Source: Paraspadella gotoi (Eukaryota > Animalia > Chaetognatha). Taken from it: DNA of 64,000 nt. The translations under genes and the position numbers were made by a program. The stretch is from NCBI GenBank assembly GCA_051294375.1, contig CM119269.1, positions 17,718,265-17,782,264 of the forward strand. Reading direction: 5' to 3'. Below are positions 13,101 to 24,539 of the stretch, piece after piece (position 1 is the first letter of the stretch; the number at the start of each line of letters is the position of its first letter). The notes below the pieces were generated by a model, which was given only the letters and a program-made list of their open reading frames with translations, ran no database searches and had not been told where the DNA came from.

Positions 13101-15641
13101 GAAAACGAATAAAGAGCGGATTAAAAGCTCACAAGAGAATTCTAGTGATAGTATCATGAAAAATTACATATTCCCAGTAGAAACAGGAGAAGAGAGGAAG
13201 AATAAAAAAATACCGGCAAGATATTCTATCAATAGAATGATCTTCGCTATCTTCCAACAAAATCATTCAAAACGAATGAAGGGCTTCGATCGATCATTAC
13301 TAATATGTTCGAGTTTCTCAAGTTATTTAGAATTTGTCTTAGGTATCAATAAAATTATATCAAATTTCTTTTTCATTCTTACCTTTATTATATCTGCCGG
13401 CGGAAGCGGCCTCTCTTTTGTTTCACCATCCTGCGAAAAAGATTTTTCCATTACCAAATACTTCCAAAAAAACTCATCACAACTAGAAAAAAGTGAATCA
13501 ATGACTTACTGCTTGCTCCTCCTTTTCCTCGGTCTTCTGATCAGGGGCGTTCCCACGATTCCACCCGCCCATTTCGCCACCGGGTCCGCCGCCGCCCGTA
13601 TTCCCGCCCATATCTTCACCGGGCCTTCCGCCTCCCTCCCCACCGGGGCGTCCCCGAATGCGGTCGTTCTGCCGCTGGCGAATTTCGTCGTCGCGTCGCA
13701 TCATCTCGTCGTGACGGCGGGTCTCTTCCTCTCTGTATCTCATCTGCTCTTCCAATCGCCTGAAAACAAAAATCAAATAGAGATTCAATAATAAGATAAT
13801 GACTTTAGAATTTCTGAATAGAGTTAGGACGTGCGTGACTCACCTTTTGTGCTCCTCCTCCCTTCTCGCCCGTTCCGCTGCCTGCCTCTCCTCCATCCTC
13901 TTCAACTCCGCCTGGCGCTGTTCCAATTCTAAGGAAAACGAAGCAACGGAGATCAATAACAAAAACCTAACAAAAATACAATAAAACTTTCTTTTCATGG
14001 CACCCCTTTCCTATGCTCACCCTGACGCAGCTGCTGCGCGTGCCATTCTTGAATGGCAAAGGACTCCTCGTCCTGAAGCCGCTCGCGAGCCTCCTTGATC
14101 TGGACCTCCAGCTGGTCGCGTTGCTGCTTTTCCAGCTCGTAGAGCTGCTTCCAACGCTGAGCAAAGTCAAATTCAAAGGTGTTGGGCATGGCGAACCGCG
14201 GAGGATGGTCGCGTTCCTTCATATACATGGGGTTTTTGGGGACGGACTTCTCCGGGAGTCCGTCTTCCTCGTCGCGGACTTCGATGCTCTCGACGAGGAT
14301 GGGGCGCGGCTGCGTCGACATTAGCATCACGCCTTCGTTGATCCTTTATTTCATAGGGAAAATGAGCGAAGTTAGATAATGAATCAGCTCTATTGGTCAC
14401 TTGCTATCATTAGTTATTTTTGACGGTATGTTTTGAACGGTTTCTTACTCAGCAGCCAGAATCATGTGCATAACTTGGCAATCGAGTTTTAAGCGAATTC
14501 TCTTATCAATTTTTTTCAGTATCTTCTCCCTCAGCCACACGAATAGTTTCAATTAACATTAGCTAATAACATTTCGCTTTCCTTAAAACGGCCGGCTGTA
14601 ACAACACCAGTCAAGCATCCCCCTACCTCCTCAGCGCCATCTGTGCCGACGACTTCCTAGCAAATTCGACGATCCCTTCGCCGAGAGACTTGCCGCGTTC
14701 GTCAACGTAGACGACGGCGCGCTCGACAGGTCCAAACTGGGAGAAGGCTTGCTCCAGGAGCTCGTTGGAAATAAACGTGCTCAAATATTTTATCTAGGAT
14801 TAAGAAAGGATCAAGACATTTTGTAAGAGAAGTCAATCTCAATAATATCAATTTCGATTTTTAAATATGATTTGGACTCACTTTGAGCGCGGCGCCATGG
14901 GAGGCGAACCTCACTCGGATGACTCTCCCCTTAACGTCGGTCCCGTCCAGCTTGCTCTTGGCGTGTTGAGCGTTGTGAAGAAAGTCAAGACGAACGAAGC
15001 CGAAGCCGCGTTGTTGATTGAGGAAGACTTCGGATGTCTCCCCGTAAGGTTTAAAAAGTTCTTCGAATTCCGTCTCTTTCATATCGTTGGGCAAATTCCC
15101 CACGAAGAGGCGACATCGACCGAGAAACTTTTTCGGCTCCTTGGATTTTTCTGCCTCAGCCTCCTCCATTAACTGGTGCATCAACTCGTCGTCTCCGAAC
15201 GAGCTGTTACCGTTTCCGGCGTGACCGTCGAACCCCCCGCGGCCACCGCGCCCTCCTCGGCCGGGCATGCCGCGACCGCGAGACCCGTCAAAGCCTCTCG
15301 GAGTGAATGAGCCGCGAGGGGGAGTGGGCCCTCCTCCGCGGGGTGTGTGGGAGCCGCCACCGCCGCGCGGTGTATTAGGTCCGCCACGATTGGAAGGGGG
15401 GCCGCCTCGGACGGCGGGAGGACCTCCACGACCTCGAGGTGTAAACCGTCCACGATCGCCGCCTCCTCCGGGTCCACCTATTTAGATAAAACATGATTAA
15501 GACCAGTACATAAGATTAACTAAAAAAGTAAGTTTCACCTCGGCCACCACGGCCACGATCCGCTCCAGGTGTCACTTCTGCTGCTCGCGGAGATTTAGCA
15601 TTTTCGCCGCCTTCTTTCTTCTCCGGAGCGTTTTCCGCCAT
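10196..15641 (-). CDS. DBHS-family RNA-binding protein (NONO/SFPQ/PSPC1, Hrp65/nonA-like): RGG N-terminus, 2 RRMs, NOPS domain, coiled coil
   Basis: GT-AG exons 15641-15539, 15477-14882, 14793-14627, 14343-14021, 13928-13844, 13759-13510, 13430-13383, 10318-10196. Motifs: [65 protein letters not shown]. The C-terminus ends in an NLS-like KRPRWN*. Assignment of the last exon is inferred from phase and motif. Confidence 0.92.
11992..12145. mobile_element. MITE with telomere-like internal repeats
   Basis: TIRs GGG..TTTTACTTTCGCTGACCG / CGGTCGGCGAAAGTAAAA..CCC enclose degenerate TTAGGG-like repeats; lies in the DBHS last intron. Confidence 0.65.
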
Positions 15642-16173
15642 TTTTGAATAGTTTCCGGTAAAATTAATGTATCAAATTTCGTAGAAATAAGCTTGAATAT
15701 ATAGAAGATTAAGAATAAAGTGCGATCCAAGATGGAAGAGCGCCGGAGATGTAGCGACAAGCCAAAGTCACGTGATCATGTGCAGCCTCCTTTATAAGGA
15801 ACTACTTTTTTAAATGTTTTATTTTTTCAGAGAAATCTCCGCTTTTCAAAATAATTACAACATTTAAATTTGTCGACTTATGCCGGAGGGTACAATAAAT
15901 TGAGGGTTTTATTATAAGATTCTAAAAATAAAAGCAAAATGTTTTTGCGCAGGAATACACCGCAGGATTTTGGCTTCCGCGGGAGATAAACACGGTTTTT
16001 CTAATACAATTCGATCCCAGACTAGAAAAGGTTTTTAAAGCCCCAGTCTAATCGGAAAAAATAAAATTCCATCTGCGGCCAAATATTCGATATAAAATGC
16101 TGTTCGGCTCAAGCAGCTGAAATAGTGATACTGAAAACAGTGAAGAGAAAACCATAGAAGTCCACTCTGAAGG
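15642..16173. promoter_or_regulatory. Probable bidirectional promoter between the DBHS and ZMYM genes
   Basis: Head-to-head start codons ~530 bp apart; E-box GTCACGTGA at 15767-15775. Confidence 0.5.
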
Positions 16174-18271
16174 ATGACTGAACCGTCAACTAAATCTGGA
16201 TTAGCCTCGGTATGTGTACTTATACGATGATTTTTAGAGATTTAACATTCATTAAAACAAAAGTGAAAATAAAAGTATATAACTTATCACAATTTTTCAT
16301 AAAATAGTAGTGTAATTTACAAATAATTATCAACATGCCCCTCTTTTCGAGATTTCTGCAGATTTTTAGACAAAAGATCATCCTTTCCATTCTCGAACCT
16401 TGTTTTAGTGGTTCCAGTTGAAACGGAGGGTCTCGTTGATAATTTTTTTCTCCTTTTTTACTTAAATTAAGTATTGTTTTTTTAATTGGTATAATAATAA
16501 AAATGTATTGTAATAATTTATTTATAACCCTTTTTCGCAAATATTTAATAATTATATAATAGAATAAAATCATTCATTTATCAATTATAATTATTAGGAT
16601 GAAGAGGAAGATCGAGCTTCAATAGATACTCCCGTAGTTTCACCTAAGGATGGCGCTTCAATTAACCAACCGGATGAGCAGGTGGTCCATACTCTTAATA
16701 TTTTAAATTTAATATATGCACATCAATCTATTTGGGTCTTGATGGACATGGTATTTCGTATAAATAATCGCAAATCGTTTCGTTACACTTTCTTAGGACG
16801 ATGATACGATGGCCTCAATCGCAGAAGTTGGTGGCGCTGTCGACGAAGCGTCGGGCGAGGCTGATGGTGACGATGATGCCGACGATGAGGAAAGGGTCAA
16901 AGTCAAGAAGGAAAAAGAGGGAGAAGAGGATGACGACGGCACTCGAATTAAACAGGTAGCTTTAACATGGCTTTTTCTTTGTTTTCCATTAATCGATTTA
17001 TTATTTATTTTATTATACTGTAATTTATAATAACCTTTCAGGAAAAGTTGGATCAACTATTGAGCGAATACGATAAGGAGTCCGATGGAATGGACGCCGC
17101 CATAAAAAAGGAAATGCAAAAAAATCAGGCGCAACGAACCGTCGCTCCCGCGTCCGCCTCAAATACTGCCACGCCTACCGCCCTTGCCGCTTCGAATTCA
17201 GGGTAGGTCCAAACGTAACTATTATTCCCCTCTAAAACAAATGCAGTAGTTATACTATTTTTCCCTTTTTCAAATCCAGCAAGTCCAAACCTTCGGCGCC
17301 TTCATCGAGCGGGTCGCCGAAATGCATAGTTTGCGGCAAAGAGGGGAAATGTAAGTACAACATCGTGCGCAACGGAGGGGTGCAGTATCTTTGCGATGAC
17401 GCTTGTTTCAAGACCTTCAAGCAGAGTCCATCTTCTTTTCTCAGCAAAGGTGAGCGGCAGAGAGTATAAGGAATTTACGTTGGTCCTTATTTTTATCACG
17501 TTGCAGTGGTTGCTTCTTTTTTCAACTAAATTGATTCTCTTTCTCAGGCGCCGCCTCTCCTTCATCTCGTCCTGCCGCTCGGCCTGAGTCGGGCAAGACC
17601 CGCCCCATCGCGGCTCCAACGGCTTCTATATCATCCTCCGCGCAGTCGTCGACGAGAGAGGCTTCTCCCTCCGCGTTGGCCTCGACTTCCTCCCCCGCAT
17701 CCGTCAAGCGGAAATGCCACGAGTGTCGCAAAGCGATTCAATCCATCGACAAGCATTTCTTGTCGTGGGAATGCGCGGAGTTTTGCAATGAGACTTGTCT
17801 CGCCAAGTAAATGGCTGGATTTAATTTGGAGGAAATCAAAATGAATCATTGTCCACCATTTTATTTTTTTCCTTCTAAGGTTTCAATCGCGTTTGAGCAA
17901 AGAGTGCGCTCAGTGTCGGGCTCAGGTCCCCGCCTCCATCGCCGCCAAACACACCGTCAGATGCCACAACGATTTTTTCGTATTCTGTTCCTCCTCCTGT
18001 CAGGTTCCGATGGGCGGGAAGCTGATCAATGTCGATGTTACTAATTTCTTGCCCATGCCAAGGGGGGCCAGCTCATTTTGAGCTCTATCTTTACTTTTCA
18101 ATTTCACTTTATTACTTATTAACTCATCTCTCAAATCTATCCTTTCAATTTCAAATTTCCTGTTCATTCTCACTAATTATTAAGTAGATTAATTGTTATA
18201 CTTCACTAATATTCATCAGTTAAAATTTTTCTTATTGTTATACATTACACAATGTAAAGATTTTGCACTGT

Positions 18272-18316
<45 letters not shown>

Positions 18317-21300
18317 CACAACTTACTCTGTCTTTTTCTCAACTTCAGCCTGTCCTCACCAATTGACCACTGTCCTTTCTAAACTCTGTGTTGGAAACTT
18401 TGCCCTCTCTCTCTCTCTGTTTATCTCTCTTTCTCTCTTCCTTTACACAAAAATATTTTCAAAGTTCACTAACGCTGATGAAGGCTTGAAATGAAGCCGA
18501 AACATGTCTGTTTTTGAATTAAATAAAATCGTTGTCAAAACTAAACTCAAACTGTCTCTAATCGTCCCAAACAACGAAAAGAAAGGATTTATATCACAAT
18601 AAATGTTACTAAATATACACAAATTAAAAAAACCTTGATCACTGTTCAGGAATCCTTCCGGGGTGCTTTGAAAGCTTGCGGCTTCTGCTCGAAGGACCTT
18701 CGTTCCTCCACCGACTCTTACAACAGCCCCGACTCATCTGGCAAGATCAAGGTAAATACTCGGATATGCACAAAAATTGTTTGTCTTTTGCTTCTTGTTA
18801 ATTTATTTTTGAACGAGACTCACTATTTTACTTTAATCGGCGAGTTTCCGTTCTTTGAACATATAGTAGAATATCTACATAGATGATGCTGAACTGCGAG
18901 TCTGTGCCCGGCTTTTTTGAATAGGAATTCTGTGCGCGATCATGTTATGTGGACTTCGACAAAAAGATGAAGCTTCGTGGCGACCCATTGGACATGTCCT
19001 CTTGCGGAGTTTGTAAAAAGGTTCTCCCGGTCAAATACAAAATCAAGCACAACGATAAGGTGACTCTTTTGATCCGTTTTGCGGGGGGGGACGACGTTAT
19101 TCTTAGAGATATTCTCTTAGCTACGTTTAAAAATAGGACAACAACCTCTGCTCTCCCGCTTGTTTCGCCGCCTTTCGCTTCGCGTCTAAAATACAAAATT
19201 CATCCTGTGATCTTTGCGGTTTCGCCTGCAACGACGCCGGAAATGGGGCCGCAGCCTCGCAGGTGACCACGATGGCGATTGGTATTCAACAATAGTTAGA
19301 GAACTACAAAAAAAAAATTATGTTGGTTATGATCAATTTTCCTACATAGGTTTTGGTTCAGTTTGAAGGGAAAACGATGCGATTCTGCTGTAGTCTTTGC
19401 GCCCATGATTACCGGAACAGTCATAAGAGGTACAGTTAATAATAAACTATTACGTGACACGATTTCTCATATATTATCTCAATAAATTTAATCATTGTTA
19501 GGGAAGTTCCGTGCACTTGGTGCAAGGCCCTAAAGAGCAACGTGGAAATGATCGAACGATTAGACGGCGACGGGTGAGTCTCCTTATGCGTTTTGGGTTC
19601 TCGAACATCCAAGATCTCACCGTATCCGTCTGTTCTATTTCAGATCCCCCCTGTCAGGAGGATGCCAGTATTTCTGCTCGCTTAATTGCATTTCTCTTTT
19701 CCGCGTCAATTTGAACGCGACGTCTAACAAAGCGGTGACTTGCGATCAGTGCAAAAAGGTGAATAGAAATCCGGGAATAGAAATAAGAGAATAGGCATTA
19801 AAACGTTTCTTTTTGCTGTAGGTTGCGCCGGCGCAATACCACCTCACCATGAGTGACGCCTCCGTGCGTAACTTCTGCTCTTACCAGTGCGTCATCCAAT
19901 TCCAGTTTCAGTTCACCAACAATCCTATGCAACCGTCTGACAAAACCAAAGACGTGAGCCTTCGACATGTTACATATTCTGTTTCTCATTCTTAATGTCT
20001 CGATTACATCACGTACCGTTTCTCCTTAGCGCGATCGCCTCACCGCTCGACAGCGGGACATGATGAAGAAATCCGGCGTCGATATTCCTGAGAAGAGACC
20101 GAGAGGACGGCCCGTGACGACGCGTGAGTCATTTTGTCATATTGAAAGGCCTTTCTTATTGTCAAATGTGTGATTGAACTTTATTTTAGCACGGGAGCCA
20201 CGCGAGAGTTCGCGCGAAGGACGCGAACGTGATGGGCGAATGCCAGTTATTTCAGGTGTCATGTCTTTGGCGCAAAAGGGGCGCCGCGGGGAAGAGAGAA
20301 GCTCCGAGGACGCCGGAACCTCGACGCCGGTAATTGCCGTAGTCTCCGTTAACCTTGACTATAATGCCCATTTATTTATTTTTAAAATGATCATGTCTAT
20401 CAAAGTAACCATTTCCCGACGAGATTTACCACCTTTCCGATGACATTTAAATCAATCAAACTGCTTGAAAACTTAATTTAAACGTGTCCTTTCTGCTCAA
20501 CACAGTCAATTCAAATTCCGCTGGCTCCGCCGACAAACGCTAAAAACAAAGCGACTCTATGCAAACCCTACGTCCAGACTAAAGCCACGTCTTGTCGTCC
20601 GCACTGCCAAACGAAAGAGACTCAAGTTGGTAAGTTTTACATATATCATTAATTAATTATATGATTCTTACCTGGTTTATATTTATCTAGTTTCGTTCTT
20701 ATAATGCATTGTTTTAAACAGGCGAAGGCGAACTGGTCACCAAGCAGGCGATATTCCCGGTTCCAATACCGCTCTTCGTTCCGGCGCCGCTGGCCATGTG
20801 GTCAGCACCGACTCCTTACCCAATATTCATGCCGATCCCAATCCCGGTGCCGATCTTTGTTCCAACGACGAAAAAGTCCGCCAGTTCTATCATGAAACAC
20901 GTCAAGGAGATCCAGGAGAAAGTCCCCGCTGGTGGGTAAAAACAATGTTACCCGCATTTGTTCATTATTTTCTATCTCTTTCGTATATATGTATATTGTT
21001 TAAGTACCTTCCTCAACTAAACGCCATTTTACCCTCACCCCAGACCCCTTCGAGGCGGAGCTCCTGATGATGGCGGAGATGGTGGCCAAGGCGGACGGAC
21101 AGGGCGACTCCAGCAGCGACGAGTCGGACGTTGAGGACACGACGGGCGTACCCAATCAGCACCACATTCAGGCCGTCATGCAGAACCAGACCGTCGGAGG
21201 CGCGGGCGAACTCTCCGGGGAGGATATGCTCCAGATGGCGCTGAGGATGGCGGAAATGAGCGAGGGCGCCGCGGCGACGCCGTCATCCGGAGCGCCGCAC

Positions 21301-23413
21301 TTGGATCTGGAGGACATCTCTCACGGGGGCGACATGTCGACAATGCTGGCTGCTCAGCAGCAGGTACTACTCGATAAACTGAGATTAAAAAGTGAGAGGT
21401 TTTGGTTTTGTCGAAAATTTTTTTCAAAAAAACTTTTATATTTTTTTATGAATTAGTCTCAATTTCTTAATTCAAAGGCGGCCCACGCCGAACTCTTGGC
21501 GCAACAGCAAATGGCGATGGTCAACAAAAAAGCTCGCGGAGCAGAGAAGCGTCAGCGAGAAGAGGCGAGAAACGCGGCCAAAAACAAGAGGACAAAGGTT
21601 AGAAATTACTGTATGTCGAATACTATAGTTTAAAACCACAAGAAGGGAACGAATTAACTTAAAGTTTCATTTATGTTCAGCTGGACGACCGGGGGAATTT
21701 GATCGGTGAGGCAGCCATGCAATCGGCTGTTCCCTCGGAGCCACCCGACGCCCATATGGTTCTCAAGTACACCTATGGCGTCAACGCCTGGCGCCATTGG
21801 GTTGTACAGAAAAATGCTGAGATCGAGGCGACGGCCAAAGCTGCAAACTTTGACAAGAAGCGCATTCGTCTCTTCAAGACGGACGTGTTGCAGTGTTCAG
21901 CCAGCGACCTCAACACTTCTCTCTGCCTTTTTTGCAAAGAGGTAATAACTAGTGCTCGATCTTTCAATATAATTTTATTTTAATCATTATTTAATCGTTA
22001 TTTCAATTTCACCCTGTAGGTCCGTAAGCCGAACGGCGAAGAGTACGCTGCTGACTCAATCTATTACCTTTGCCTCGGCATCCAACAATATCTTTACGAA
22101 AACGGACGCGTCGACAACATCTTCACCGACTCTTACTACGAGAAATTCACTCACGTTTTAAATGATTTGCTCAGAAATTATTCTCCCAGGCTGAACTCGC
22201 AAGGTAAGAACAAACGAAATCGGGTGGTTCCCATTTTTGTCCAATTGTCAATTAAGCTGTTGTGGCGTGCCAATCTGTTTACGTTTTCTTTACTTTCTTT
22301 GTAGGTTTACTAGTCTGTCGCATCGAAGAAGAAATTTTGTGGGAATCGAAACAACTTGGGGCACATTCTCCGCACGTCTTGCTGAACACGTTGGTGAGTA
22401 GCGATAGATATATAAATTGTATATAGAATGAGGGAATATGTAATATAGTGACTTTAGTGAGGCGACTTCTACAATAGTACTGATACGTAATTTTCTATCA
22501 GCTTCTCACTTTCCATTTGCACTTTAGGTATACTTTAACACGAAATACTTCATGCTGCGTTCGCCGGAAGAGCACGCCGCCCTTTCGTTTTCCCACGTGA
22601 TGAAGCACTGGAAGAAGACGGGACCACACTCAGGTATTTGTTGAGATCGGGTAGGGTTTTTAAGTTATAGAAGTGAAGCTAAAAAGTTAATCTTTCTTTA
22701 TCAGGCCCGATCAATCACAAGGGACAAACCACCGGAAGAAACGTTTATCTCCGTTATTATCCTCCCGTGGCTCAAAAAGACATCGGAAAGAAAAAGAGGG
22801 ACGATCTCCCGGTCTTCGAACAGGTGAGTTTTAATAACATGAATTTTGTACAACCAATATATGTTTTTATAAAATAATAATTTACATAAACATACCGTGA
22901 TATATCTTAGGCCGAAAACGTGGAGAACCCTTTACGATGTCCGGTTAAACTCTACGAGTTTTATCTTTCCAAATGTCCCGAAAGTATAAAGAACAGAACC
23001 GACGTCTTTTATTTGGTTCCGGAAAGGTGAGTGGGTCCTTTAAATTATACGTCCGTTTGTTCCTGTAAACCATGTATTGTCATGGGCAAAATAGGTTTTA
23101 AAAATTAGATTTTGTTTTTGCACATGAGTGTATATACTATTTTGTACTATAATCATGATTTAGCCTATTTACTTTCTTATAATTTTTTTTTCAGGTCTTG
23201 CGTGCCCGATTCTCCTGTGTGGTATTCCACAGCTTCACTTCAAGCGCCGCAGTTAGAAATCATGTTAAACAGGTGCTGTAATCAATAATCCCTTCGCTTT
23301 TGATAAACATTTTATTTAAAATTTTCTTGTTCCTTTTTTACAGACTTCGTATGGTGAGGGAAGTGACCGAGTCTCAACTCCAGTATCAAGCGTCGCTCGG
23401 AATGTACGGATAA
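16174..23413 (+). CDS. Zinc finger MYM-type protein (ZMYM2/3/4, Woc-like) with C-terminal DUF3504
   Basis: More than 20 GT-AG exons. Repeated CxxC..FCSxxC MYM/TRASH fingers ([19 protein letters not shown]), KNKATLCKP, a proline-rich PVPIP segment, [78 protein letters not shown]. Stop TAA at 23411-23413; start ATG 16174 is inferred. Confidence 0.93.
18045..18602 (+). mobile_element. Penelope-like element fragment in a ZMYM intron
   Basis: 558-bp insert flanked by a 10-bp direct repeat ATGTTACTAA (18035-18044 and 18603-18612); contains a minimal hammerhead; homologous to 198-498. Confidence 0.75.
18471..18512 (+). ncRNA. Minimal type I hammerhead ribozyme
   Basis: Stem I AACG/TGTT, core CTGATGA, stem II GGCTT/AAGCC, GAAA, palindromic stem III ACATGT, GUC cleavage triplet ending at 18508. 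Confidence 0.85.
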
Positions 23414-23699
23414 AAAAAGGAACCGCAGTGAAATGTTAGAATTTAATCCAATTGTCATCATCAAAATCTGGTCATTTACTTTTTTGCTCTTTTGTTTGAA
23501 ATTTTTTTCTCAGAGAGGTTGATCCATTATCATAATGATTGTTTAGTTCGTATGTATTCATACATAGCGCGTCAGCATTCCATCGATATTATTAATAAAA
23601 TAAAATATGCACTAGTGGAGCTCTTGAGAACAATTATTTTATTTGAGTCAATTAACTTGATTTTATGCAAGATAGTATGATTATCGAGTACAAAAAGTA

Positions 23700-24534
23700 T
23701 TTTGTTCACATTGTGTCGGGAGCAGAAAAGCAAAATACAATATATTTATAGTATTATCCTTCTAAAATAAGAAATTTTCAAAATAATTTTTAAAAAAATT
23801 TTATTAAAGATTCAGATTTCTCATAAAAAGTTAGATTGGTCTATTTTTCAATTCGAGTGTTTATAAAATGTAGTATAAATTTAGTCTAAATTTAGTCAGA
23901 ATTCAACTTTGTTTTCAAATCTGGTTCGCTTGTGACTGTTTTAAAAAATCATAATAGCGGTAGCTGACCAAATTCAAATTTTAATGGGAACTGCATAAAA
24001 CAAATCTATTATTGATATTAGTTATTGTGTTAAAATGTTCCGAACCATGAGTAATTCGCTAATTAAAATTATTATATTGCTTTATAATGTCAAAATTTTT
24101 TAGGATATTTTGAGTTTTTTTAATTGATTATGATAGAGCTCAAAAAGTTAAGCAAAAATGTTATTACAACTTTTGACAATTTTAATGTTTTATTACTGAT
24201 AATTAGCAAAAACTTAAAATTATTGGATGATGATGATAATTTTTAAAGGTTTTTTCTCAATTTTGATTCGCTTATCATCAAAATATTTAAAAAAGAATTA
24301 AACTTTGTATAAACAACTTTTCATAAGCTAACTGAATCTTCTTTTAAAAATATAATTTTTTTAAAAACATTTTTGACATTTCTTATCTAAAATAAATTAA
24401 TTATTAGTGCTTCTAGCCATTTTAGACAATTTTGGTCCATTGAAAGTTTTCTGTATGAATTGTATGAAGTTTCACTTGGGAAGGTTCCCAAATCAAACTT
24501 CTGACCCACCCCATTGACAAAGATTGGCCCTAGT
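23700..24534 (-). mobile_element. AT-rich non-autonomous DNA-transposon-like repeat
   Basis: End ACTAGGG..TCAATGGGGTG is shared with 59921+. Segment 23960-24140 matches 63805-64000 (ttttaatgggaac, aatgttccgaaccatgagtaatt, tgatagagct). Left boundary is approximate. Confidence 0.6.
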
Positions 24535-24539
24535 CATAA

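Noticed and set aside
13090-13791. 233-aa plus-strand ORF
   Set aside because: Antisense shadow of DBHS exons and introns, with no recognisable domain.
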